Shown here piece after piece: positions 1 through 11,187 of a stretch of DNA of 64,000 bases. This DNA comes from Adineta vaga. Its lineage: Eukaryota > Animalia > Rotifera. The notes under the pieces were generated by a model that was given only the letters and a program-made list of their open reading frames with translations, did not search any database and was not told the origin of the DNA. Made by a program: the position numbers and the translations under genes. The number at the start of each line of letters is the position of its first letter. Position 1 is the stretch's first letter. The stretch lies in contig CP075492.1 of the NCBI GenBank assembly GCA_021613535.1, positions 3,534,001-3,598,000 of the forward strand, in the 5' to 3' direction.

Positions 1-184
1 CTGAAGAAGTGAGTCATTCAGCAATCACTGAAAAGATTTTTGTTTTCTTTTTTGTTAGTAAGAATACAATGGACAGACGGAGTAACTGGGTTTTATTTCA
101 TTTTTATTTTTTCTGATTTTTACAACAGTCGGAGAATAGTTTTCATTTTTAGATTCATATTCTCTGATACTGTGAAGTCACATA

Positions 185-1217
185 ATGAATAAGACACCGG
201 TTGCTCACGATTTAACCTGTGAAAACACTGATGCTTTAGAAAAAGATTCGCCGGTAGGAGGAAACGCGAAAGATGTTATTCCGTCAGTTCAAGTGTTATC
301 GATCGATGTCGAATGTGTAGCTACAGGATTTTCTCATCTGGATCGTGCACCATGTAGTGTGGCTATTGTTAACGATCGATGTGAGATCCTCTTTGATTCA
401 TTGATTAAACCAGATAAACCTATAGTCAGCGATTTATTTCCTTTGAGTGGTGTGCGTAAAGCAGATCTACAACAGGCTCCATCTTTTGATGACGTGATCA
501 AAAAGGTAATTGATATATAAATTGAATAGTTTATCTATTGCCAGTTCATTGTTATGTTTTATAGGTACATTCCTTTTTTACACCAACAACTTCGATTGTT
601 GGTCAATCGATTATGAGTGATATCAATTGGATGCAACTTGAAGAAGGTATACATTACAATTCTACGATTGAATTGGGTGATGAATTTGCGGTATTCGATC
701 CACGCTATGGCAATAAAAAGTAAGCTATAAAATACTCTTCGTAGAATTTCAGTACAACGTTTGACTTATATCTTTAAAGGTACTTTTCTCTAGCTCATGA
801 AGCACAAATACTATTGCAAATCGATCTTAATGCTATGGGAGGTCATCTCGCTCGAAATGATGCTAAAGCATCTATAAAACTTTATAATCAATATTTAAGG
901 GTAAAATGAAATTGAAATGATTTTAACCGAGTTGATTTTGATAGGTTAGAGATCAAATGAAACTTGAGCAAGCACGTCAAACACTTCTTCGTTCACCAAC
1001 TAAGATTCCACCTTATCGACGTCTTAATGGTGTCTATGAGAAAGTTTGCTTGTCTGCATTTCATCGTGGATACTGTCGATGTGGGCAATCATTGATTAAT
1101 GAATTGCATAAACAAGCGGATAAAAAACGACGCAATAATTCAAATGATGAAAAGGAGAAACTATCTTCATCAACAAACAAGAAACTGAAAGTCATTGACG
1201 AGAAAACTGATAAATGA
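185..1217 (+). CDS. DEDDh 3'-5' exonuclease (REX4/ISG20-like), multi-exon
   Basis: SIDVECV (ExoI), VGQSIMSDINWM (ExoII-like) and HLARNDAKAS (ExoIII) after splicing introns at about 506-564, 720-779 and a short one near 900-950. Possible extra 5' exon from ATG 69. Confidence 0.8.
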
Positions 1218-1568
1218 AATATTACGATTGTAACATAATGTCATTATTTTATAAACTAGAATTTAAATTCGGTGATTAAAACCTATTCTTATTCAAATGT
1301 CCTACGCACGCATTACAAGTCCAATTGAACAGACGTACCGACATAAACCCTACTGATGATAAATCATATTTTATGACATCAAGAATTATTTTACTAAGAT
1401 TGATGTTATTTCGTTGTTTCGTATAGAAAATTAATTATCCGATTATGAATAAATTAGTTTTCGCATTCGGCAAAACTCTAATACGACAGTTTAAGAGGAT
1501 TATTTCTTAAGAAAAAAAAACCCGAAGTTAAATTTTATCATCATATCAAAAATGATATTCCGATAAAT

Positions 1569-2573
1569 TTATTTGATAAATAAAATATTTTTCATCAAAT
1601 CCCAAAATGCATTTCGAAATAATTTTCCTCCATATAAAGTAAATATATAAAATGTTATTCCACTTGATATATAATTTAAAAGAATGACAATATTAAAAAG
1701 AAGATTTTCAATTGATAGTTGAATTAATGATTTCTCATTATTGACTGTTAAAGTAGAATAAAGTCTTTGAATAGCAGCAGGTAAATTAAGTATACACAGT
1801 ATAAATACTTGAATAAGATGCATTCGAAGTAAACGTCGATCAATTTTTTTCTTTTGTTTTATATTATCATTCATTATATTAATAGTTTTCAATTCATTGG
1901 GTGTTTCTATTGTCATTATTGGTTGTACACGACGATGATGCATTTGACGAATAGTTTTTATAATTGCTAAACCAAATAAAATCATTGAAACTAATGGAAT
2001 TGTATAAATAATTAATGCATAAGTAAAATCTGTAATTAGACGACATATTTCTGTTTTAGAATAACATTTTAAAGGTGTATTGAGAAGATTTGCTTGATAA
2101 CAATAAAGTAAATCAATATTAAGAATTAGAGAAAATAATAATACAAGAAATATTCCTCGATAAGCATTTTTCAATGTACTTTTTTGTCGATAATGAACAT
2201 GAATAGATGATGATAGCCATCGATCAATAGTTGTTAACATAAGAATCCACATAACAAATGTTCGTGATGTCCAAAGAACAAAAACACGTAATTTACAAAG
2301 CCAATCAATTGTATTTGTAAGATCAGCAGACCATCCAGATAACATTCGTGTTATTAAACCACTTATTATTGTTATAATATTTCCAATTGATGCAGTTAAA
2401 AATAGTAATGAACAAGAATTTGATCGAAGTGTACGATGTAAAAAGACAAAAATATTCAAAATATTACCAATGATACCAAATATAAATACTATCAACGAAA
2501 TATATCGATTGATTTGATTTGTAGCATTGTTTAATAGTGTGGCAATATCCACATCTATAGATGAAGATGACAT
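1569..2573 (-). CDS. Orphan rhodopsin-like (class A) GPCR, intronless
   Basis: Seven hydrophobic segments, GIIGNILN in TM1, TIDRW (DRY-like), LNLP in TM6, FYIFTL in TM7. Confidence 0.85.
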   Translation of the reverse strand: MSSSSIDVDIATLLNNATNQINRYISLIVFIFGIIGNILNIFVFLHRTLRSNSCSLLFLTASIGNIITIISGLITRMLSGWSADLTNTIDWLCKLRVFVLWTSRTFVMWILMLTTIDRWLSSSIHVHYRQKSTLKNAYRGIFLVLLFSLILNIDLLYCYQANLLNTPLKCYSKTEICRLITDFTYALIIYTIPLVSMILFGLAIIKTIRQMHHRRVQPIMTIETPNELKTINIMNDNIKQKKKIDRRLLRMHLIQVFILCILNLPAAIQRLYSTLTVNNEKSLIQLSIENLLFNIVILLNYISSGITFYIFTLYGGKLFRNAFWDLMKNILFIK

Positions 2574-2841
2574 ATTTTGTGTGAATAAAAAAGAAAGAAT
2601 CTCTTTTTTTTACGATTGATATGGCAAGGATTAGAACATCTTTTTATATGTCAGTCTTGATTATATGTTGACAGAACATCAAGATGATGAAGAAGAAATT
2701 TAATTCAATATAATGTTGTAAAAGGGTGTGAATGAATACGATACAAACACATCGGCAGTTTAGTACTATGAATCAACTCGAGTTTATTGTATTCATTGAA
2801 AAAATGATTCAGATAGTTTATAAAAGATTTTCAGTAAAGTT

Positions 2842-4341
2842 CTATGAAATGATGCAAGACGATTTTTTTGAAGGTGGTTGTTGACTTTTAATTTTCGTAT
2901 TGAGCTGAGTGACTTGCTTTTTTAGTTCATTATATTCATCCTGTGCCTGCTTCAGAGCTGTACTAGTAGTTTTGTCATCGTTTTGAAGTTGTTTATAATA
3001 CATTTGAGCTTCATTCATTTCTTTACGTAGAACCTCCAATTGATTCTTATCTCGTTCAAGCTCTTTTTCGAATCTTTGGCATTGTCTTTCAAACATCTCT
3101 TCTTGTCGACGTAAAGCTTTTTTATGAGATTCCGCTTCACTTCGTTGTTCTCTAATTGCTTTATTGAGTAATTCTTGATTATATTCAATTTCCTTCATAT
3201 ATTTCTTTCGCTCTATTTCAAATTGTGCTTGTTGTTCTCGAGTTCTTTTTATTTCACTTTGAAGTCGATCAGACATTGTTTCAATTTCTTGTCTCTTTCG
3301 ATGTTCTGCTGGTGTAAAATTGACGATAACCTAAGTTTTATATAAGAAAATATAATATATTGTTAAATACATAAAGATAATGAAAATCTTTTTTTTTACT
3401 CGGAGCTGTCTTAAAATCTTAATCCGTTGTTAATATTTCATGTTAGTGCATTTTCATTCTCAAACAAATGTTTTTTTGAAGAAAAAAAGAAACTATAATC
3501 TATAGTTTTGATATATTTCGCTTACTTGTAAAAGTTGTTCTTTGATACGTTGTTTGTTTGTTGAATTATCCGGATCTATAATATCCAGAAAACAAACATT
3601 TGTATTATTGACATCAGTGTTACGTAAAAGTTGTTGCAGAAGAACAAGTGTCGTTCCTTCATAATCGTATGCTCTCTTTCGTGGTAAACCATTCACCACA
3701 ATAACAAGTGCTCGACTTTGAAACGAATAAGCAGTATTGATCGCTTTAAAAGCAACAACATCTTCATCACGAATACGTCCATTCTGATTACCAAAAACAT
3801 AAATGATTATTGAATTTGATCTTTGGATGAATGCCTTCTCGATTTCTTTCTTATTCAAATCTACACGGCTTTGATCCGCTTCAAGCAAGCCGGGTATATC
3901 GAAAATGGCGAAAGAAACATTTCCAATATTGATCTCCATGAAATCTGTGTGATGAGTTACAGAACTGGATTTAACTTCATGAGCGAATACTTCATGACCG
4001 AGAAGAATATTTGCCAAAAAACTCTTTCCAACACCGGAGTTACCCAAAATGATAAGACCATACTTATTACTGGCGCCTGTTTCCATTCCATATCGTGGTA
4101 TTTCAGTACTGCGAGCATGAGCACTAGTAATCTGCTGATTTCCACTATACGTTTCATATGCGCTCTGCCCTTGATCGACAATACATGAATACGATGGCGG
4201 TTGATCATCAGCACATGTTTCTCTTGAGGCAGTCCAGTACTGAGTAGGATTTATTCGTTGTGAACTGATGTTTCTCGGACGTAGCGATGTATCACTGTTG
4301 ACAAAATTCCCCTCGCATCCATATCGTCCATCTCTGCTCAT
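2842..4341 (-). CDS. P-loop GTPase (AIG1/GIMAP-like) with C-terminal coiled coil and CaaX box; two exons
   Basis: GNSGVGKS (G1) and DIPG (G3). A phase-0 GT-AG intron 3525..3331 joins LLQ|VIVNFT to the coiled-coil ORF ending SSCIIS. Likely start MSRDGRYG. Confidence 0.8.
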
Positions 4342-4822
4342 AATGGTTGCTTGTTCAATGGATATGAATCTAAAAGACAGATAAGAGATTATTGACACAG
4401 GTCTTATTTAAAGTAAATATGTTACCGCATTGTTATACAGATATGACGTAATGATAAGAGAAAAATAAGTTCCGTCTGCCATATAATTCTCTGGGGAAGG
4501 TATATATATATATATATAGAAAGAGAAAAACTATTAGTATGATAGCTCGAGAAAAAAAGGAAGATAGTCATTTATTTTGAGCACTCGATTGTTTAATATG
4601 TATGTCGAAAATAAATGCCAATGATCAAAATCTGTCTGTTTATTCTGAAAAATCACTGTTAGAGAAGCTAATCGATTGCTTCCGTCGTATGAAGAAAAAA
4701 CGTTTCCACCTGACTATCTGTGATGATGTGAGTATGAATAATAAAGAAGCCAACTTTACTTTCAAGCTACTTATTTAACGCCTATCAGTCGGAATTAAAA
4801 AACTTCCAACTTATAAATAAAT

Positions 4823-5221
4823 GGGAGGTATGCACTTCGCCGAAATTTTTTTCGGCGATAAATATTTCGCGGATACTTAAAATCGAGCATCTAACTATCG
4901 ATGAAGTGCATATCGATGATATCAACTTTCATCTCGAATTCTCACATATACTACCGTAGACACCATACTAACTTTTTGCTTAGGCGCGTTGCAGAAAAAT
5001 TACTATGAATAATATACATCAAGAAATACATGATTAGATGGTTCTTGTATTAGAGATATTTATATAAATGATCGAAATGAGTCGACGATCTATATTTCGA
5101 CTATCTTTATATCGGCAATGTGTGCTTCGGTTATGTTTCTTTCGATAATCTTTCTTTTCGAGTATATGCATTTGGGTGTGAGTTTCGACTAAGTTCATTT
5201 TCGGCGCAGTCGGTTACAATC
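4823..5221. mobile_element. Non-autonomous DNA transposon (MULE/Foldback-like MITE)
   Basis: G...C ends with imperfect inverted termini (ACTTCGCCGAAA versus reverse complement ACTGCGCCGAAA), periodic CGA-containing subterminal repeats, 8-bp flanking duplication AAATAAAT (4815-4822 / 5222-5229). Confidence 0.6.
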
Positions 5222-5781
5222 AAATAAATATTTCCAAGAGAATCATTTTTTGTGAATCATTCTGCTGCAATAACATCATAAATATGACTCTTATATTACC
5301 CTTTCATTTTCGACAAGAAATCGAGTTCTTTTAAAGTCTCTCTTTATTTTTCTATAGAGCGATTTTTTCATAATGACCATAGTTACTTGCTTGAAGACCG
5401 CGGTGGGTAGAAAAAAAAACGCAGGTAATCGCGGTATATTTGAATGAAATCGCTGTGTATACACCGTTGAAAACCGTGATTTCGAAAAAACATGGTATGC
5501 TAGCAACTAGTTGTGGTACCATAGAACCTTCATCTTTTACGGTATTTTTATTCACGAAATCTCTATCAGAAATCGTATTGCGTATATTATCTCGAAAAGT
5601 ATCATTAATTGAATTGATTTATTTGCAAAATATGACTGGATTTTCAAACGTTATTTTTCTAATAAGGTTATATCACTAAAACTTGCTACTTAAATGTCAT
5701 AGTATGATATAAAAACATTTTCTCATTGATTAAAACTAAATTTATCATCATCATCCTACAACATGGAAAGTTGGAAAAAAT

Positions 5782-5922
5782 AAAGATTTGTCGATTTGCA
5801 ACGTATAACAAATCTTTTTTTCTGTTTCTTGAAGTGCTTCATAAATCAAAAAGGGATTTATATCTTCGTCCAGATACAATAAAAATAGAGTTCTTTATAC
5901 GTTGAAAATTCATAAATCTTTT
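5782..5922. repeat. Degenerate ~140-bp palindrome (MITE-like)
   Basis: AAAGATTTGTCGATTTGCAACGTATAA matches the reverse complement near 5895-5922 (AAAGATTTATGAATTTTCAACGTATAA). Confidence 0.45.
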
Positions 5923-8313
5923 TCTACATTTATGAGACCATCACAAACGCTTTTTTACAAAGTAGAAACGTGTGATTTTTAAATCAGAATAGAATATTTT
6001 TATTAAATGTCAAAAAGCAGTAATATTCGAATTGGTTTTTTGTCGATTTTTATGACAGTATATAGTGTAGTTTAAATTAGAACAATTATAATTTGAAAAG
6101 TTGAAGCTACAGAGAAAACAAACCAGATCAAAATCAAATGTAGATAAACGTCAACTATACCTAAAGATTTAGCAGATTTTAAAAAAATATGAACATATCG
6201 AATACCTTGGTCACAATTAATTCAGATGGCTACTTCTGATAATATTCAGGAACTTGTACATTATCAGAAATAGAAATATACGTAATTAATAACTTGCTTG
6301 TGTTCTAGTATAGGATTCACATATATTTACTGAACTCCAATATCCTTTGATAGTCAGACTTTTTTAGTACCGCACAAAACCATAGTTAAATATCTACACA
6401 TTCTGATAAATCTCTATCTTTCATCAGATATAATCTTATCACAATAAAATGTGCTTACATATATCAATGATCATAACTATGAAGGATAAATACAATCCAA
6501 TAGATCCTATACAAAGTATACTCTAAATACTGTTGTCAGAGGAAATCTGAATAAAGTTTCATAGGTATCACAAACTAATAGGAAATATTGATGAAATTAT
6601 TAAGATTTTACCTGTATATGATATGTATATTTGGATATGCAATAATTTTGCATTACTAATCAGATAGACTATATCGTATTTAAACTTAGTATAAACATGA
6701 CCAGATGGTTCAATGGAATTAGTGAACGAAAACCACACAGTAAGGAGTTCGAATCGTACATGAAGTAGATGGATATAAAATAGATAGTGGTATTAGAAGA
6801 GCTGACCGCGGTATGAGATCGTAAACTAGTGGTGAACATGGAAAGTCGAGGATAACCGGATAGATGACAGAAATAATGCACCACCATGATGGATTAGTTT
6901 TTTTTTCGAGAACCGCGGTTTCAGATTATTGCGGTATGTAGTGGTTTTCAAAAATCTAATAAAAAGGTTTGACTTTTGCAGTTCACATAACCGTTTCAAA
7001 CTTTCAACCTAGAAATCATCATAAACTGCGATATTTGTCGACTTTTCTTCCTTGGGCGCAGTTAGAATCCACACTTCGAGTTCTCTGATATATAATTTGA
7101 ATCAAGATCTGAAAAATTCTCTATGCTTTTATTCGTTTTCTGCCGTTATAGACGTGATAGAAAGATGATTCTTTTATTTCAACTGTAGAACAAAGTGCCC
7201 TCTATCTTCTGCTGCCTATTCATCTATAATCATGTATCATTATTTTTGTTTCTATTGATCGTTGTACGATATATCCTTATCTTTTCTGCAGATGTTAAAA
7301 ATCAGTTGCTCCCGAAAAAGATTATATTATTCCTTGATTCAAGATTTTTATTCAAAAAAAATAAAATAAAATATAAAGAAAGAACCAAACTAACAGTTCA
7401 CTGGTTATGAAAACTAGAATTCATGAATATTTCCTGAGATACTTCATGTTTTTGTTGGAGATGCACCGTTCATACATATCATACAATAACTATTTTATTT
7501 TCATATTAAAATCAATAACTGTCTATTCATCAAAACCATGCTGTCTCTGCCACGTGAGCATAACGTACAGGTAATTTATGTACCTGAATAAGTACGAGTA
7601 TAGCAAGTACATTTTTGGAATAATGTATAAGTTTATAATTCTTTTTCTCTAATACATAATCACGTGCTGACTATCATTAAATGAGTTCTAGAGTTTGTTT
7701 TATTATTATTATTTTGTCATAAGCACTGTTTAAAATCTAAAGTTAGTCGATTATAAATGAAATAGATTTTATTACGTATTAAAATACACTGATTCAATCA
7801 TAAACGTAAACGAAATGCATATTGCGCAATACTGCTTTATTATAATAAGAAGGTATCAATGTACTCATCGATTCGTGAATATAAACAGTAGGAAAATAAA
7901 TATGATATATTGATGAATATATGATTTTCTAAAGAAATCACTCCTTTCACATGTATATTATACAAAAAAGACGCCCTATGGTCGGAAGTAATCAGTGTAT
8001 ATAAAAACCATCGTAAATGCTAGTTTTTATCATTACAGTACATACACATCTTCTTCATAATCTCAAAGTAAGTTTTAGTGTTTGATGCAGACTCGTATGA
8101 TTTTAAATAGAAAGTGAAAGGATTATCTAGTTGTTATAAACAAGATAGATTCTTTGTTGACGTATAATTTCCATCTGTTTCTATTTGTTTTAAAAAGCAT
8201 CAATTGGTCATAGCATTCTTCTTCTATTTATTTAGTAGTTCAACATGTTACATAATCATACATTATTTCTGATGGTCATCTTGGGTAAGTTAATATTGAT
8301 CGTTCATCATCTC

Positions 8314-8990
8314 ATGCTGCTGCTATGTTTTTCAGTATTGGTTGCCATTGCAAACATCAACGCTATGACTTGGTTTCCCGATCCTCAGGTTAGTATTGAT
8401 GCATTGTCATTTGAGAGATTATAAACAAACGTGTATCCTGTCAATGACCATGTCATACTGCTAAGAATAATATTGTTCTAATAGATAATAGTTTTGGATT
8501 CCACTATACGTATTGAATATTTTTCGTTTTGTTTTTCAAGCGCGCAGCAGAACGCGAAGCTCGATGGAAACGATATAAAGCATTGCCATATAAAACTCTA
8601 GCTGCAGTTGAAGGAGTTTGTGGCAAAGTTGGTGACAACACATGTTGGCAACCAGTTGGAAGACCATCAGATGCATCAAGTGACAGTTGTGATAAAGCTT
8701 GTTGTCATGCTGGTTTTCTTACTGGATTTTGTCATGGAGGTGTGGAAGTAGGTGTGAAAATTATTAATCCATATGGTCCTGGTCAACCGGAATATAAGCC
8801 AATACTCAATAATCGATCGGGATGTGCTTGTACCAATGATATAACGGATGCTAAATGTGGACCTGATGGTTCTTTCATCGGTATTCGATGTCCATTTGAT
8901 CAAAGTGCTTGTGCTCGAAAATGTTGCCGTGAAGGACACTCAGGAGGAAAATGTGGTGGTTTCCTGCGTTTGAAATGCAAATGTAACTAA
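8314..8990 (+). CDS. Secreted tandem two-domain cysteine-rich defensin-like (CS-alpha-beta) precursor
   Basis: Signal-peptide exon MLLLCFSVLVAIANINA (8314-8388; in-frame upstream ATG 8272), phase-0 intron 8389-8540, RWKR cleavage site, two 8-Cys modules with CxxxCC..GxC..CxC. Confidence 0.75.
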
Positions 8991-9173
8991 AAGAGACTAT
9001 TATTCAATCAATCTATTCAAAACAGTTCCATATTTTAAACACGATTTTTTTTTCTTTTTCATCTATGTAGTAGTTCTTTTATTTCTTTTGTCAAAAATAA
9101 ATTTTCATCGTATTCATTCTTCTCTTATATAATAAAATATCGATCGAGGATGAGGGTGAGTGATAAACGCATT

Positions 9174-9208
9174 CATTCATCATATTGACACTTTACATAT
9201 AAGACGTA
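9174..9208 (+). promoter_or_regulatory. Putative internal Pol II promoter (Inr + DPE) of the LINE
   Basis: CATTC at the element 5' end and AGACG(T) at +28..+32 from A9175, the spacing known for jockey/I-type LINE internal promoters. Confidence 0.6.
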
Positions 9209-9477
9209 TTCTATTCTCGCTACAGCTGACTATTAGGAGAACAGAAAGAAAAGAAGAAAATCTTTGTTCTTAACACGCACTAACAGCGTGAAGCAAGAAT
9301 ATATAAAACTCATTTATCAAGGAGTTTTGATAAACCTACCCAATGAGTAGAAAAAGATCTGAAAGATGAACTACTCAAAATCGATCAATATCGAATTCAA
9401 AACCAAGTTATAATAACCAGTCGAATCAAAACACCTGTTCAACATCTGAACTTTACAAACAAGCTTATGAAAGTTTA

Positions 9478-11187
9478 ATGGACACAGATCTCATCGATCC
9501 AAATATTCACCCAAATCCTCCCACATTGTTCAAACAAGTGATTCCACCTCCAACAAGAAACAACTTAAAACCAGTGAATTCTCCACTTCGTAGACCACTG
9601 TCACCTTCTGAAAATGATGTATCTGAAAATGAAACAATTGACCACTCCTCTAACATCAACATCACAGGCAACTCCAAAAAGAAAGTTAAACAACACCGTG
9701 ACGACAACCAACAACAACAAGATTTTTCATTACCATTTGATGCAACAGCAACTGTCCCGTCTCCACTTGGACAACAACATCAACAACAAAATACAAATAC
9801 AAACGCATCAACATGTATTACGGATCAAGTTGGTCATATACCACAAAACAAGGTAACGGACGAAGCAAAAGCTTTTGCTCAATCAAGGTATCCTTTTCCA
9901 CCATTTATTATTCGTTTCTCTACACCACGTATCAATGATCAAAAAATTACAGATGAATTATGTAAATTCATAAAGGCCAACCACAATTGTGATTTAGAAC
10001 TTAGCGGGTTTCGAAAATCCACAACGAAATGCTCAATCAATGAATCTGATCTATTAATCTTTGTTAAAAATAGTTGTTCTTTCTCTACTCTTATCAATGA
10101 AAATAACTGGCCAAAATCAATTCTCGGTTTAACTTATACTAGACCATCAATACCGGCAACCCCTCCTCAACTATCGTTAATTATCAAAAATGTTAGTCTC
10201 TCGATCAATTTTACTGAATTTGCCAATGACATTAAATCATCATATTCGAATGTTAGCAATGTAATACGAATGAAAAACAAGAATCAAACAATCATTAAAC
10301 TAATTAAAGTGGAATTTTCTGATTATGCACAAAGAGATGAAATTCTAAATCGTGGGAAAATATTCGTGAACGCTCTTACATATGATGTAGACGAGTACTT
10401 AGCACCTGCGAGAGTACTTATCTGCAGCAAATGTATGGGCATAGGCCATTTCCGCAAGCAATGTAAACAAGAACAGGACACTTGTAGAAAATGTGGTGAC
10501 ACAACTACGGACATGAAAAAACATATGGAAACATGCTCTCAAATTAAATGCAAACACTGCAATGGGGATCACATGTCAAATGACATGAGATGTCCAACTG
10601 TTAAACAATTTAGAGCGGACTTAACAAAACATCTTCTAACTCCTGCAAGTCAAGCAAACCCTATTATCAATCACTATGACTTAACAGCTACCAACTTTCC
10701 TCCAATGAACCCAGCTCAAAGATCAACAATCTTCAAGAATAATACACCTCATGGTCCACCAACTACTACTCAACAATGGTCCAACAACATTAGTTCTTCC
10801 AATTTGATTAACAACAAAATTGATATTTTAATAAACAACCTGGACCAAATTAAAACAACATTAAACAAAATCACGAACCTAAACGATAAATTTGAACAAT
10901 TTATGAATGAAAAACTAGTAAACGATGAAATCCTTGCAAATAGAGTCGATGAACTAACCAACAAATACCAAGAAACCAAACTGACTAGTATTCAACATGA
11001 AATTAAGATAACAAGATATGAAAATATTTTTTCCAAACTAATCCTACCAGCACTTGACGATATACTTCGCTTTTTATCCAATATCAATATCAATAAGAAT
11101 GGGAACTCTCAGGATGCTGATTTCAAAGTAATGGCTAATCGAATTCGTGCTCAAGTAAACAATTGTAAAGTCGGTAAAGATTTTTAA
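9478..11187 (+). CDS. LINE ORF1 gag-like nucleic-acid-binding protein
   Basis: Three zinc knuckles (CSKCMGIGHFRKQC, CRKCG...H...C, CKHCNGDH...C) and a C-terminal coiled coil. Confidence 0.9.
   Translation: MDTDLIDPNIHPNPPTLFKQVIPPPTRNNLKPVNSPLRRPLSPSENDVSENETIDHSSNINITGNSKKKVKQHRDDNQQQQDFSLPFDATATVPSPLGQQHQQQNTNTNASTCITDQVGHIPQNKVTDEAKAFAQSRYPFPPFIIRFSTPRINDQKITDELCKFIKANHNCDLELSGFRKSTTKCSINESDLLIFVKNSCSFSTLINENNWPKSILGLTYTRPSIPATPPQLSLIIKNVSLSINFTEFANDIKSSYSNVSNVIRMKNKNQTIIKLIKVEFSDYAQRDEILNRGKIFVNALTYDVDEYLAPARVLICSKCMGIGHFRKQCKQEQDTCRKCGDTTTDMKKHMETCSQIKCKHCNGDHMSNDMRCPTVKQFRADLTKHLLTPASQANPIINHYDLTATNFPPMNPAQRSTIFKNNTPHGPPTTTQQWSNNISSSNLINNKIDILINNLDQIKTTLNKITNLNDKFEQFMNEKLVNDEILANRVDELTNKYQETKLTSIQHEIKITRYENIFSKLILPALDDILRFLSNININKNGNSQDADFKVMANRIRAQVNNCKVGKDF

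Noticed and set aside
1345-1385. CTGATGA as a hammerhead ribozyme core (also near 36393, 51291, 56787)
   Set aside because: No flanking helices with a correctly placed GAAA; some occurrences are within coding exons.
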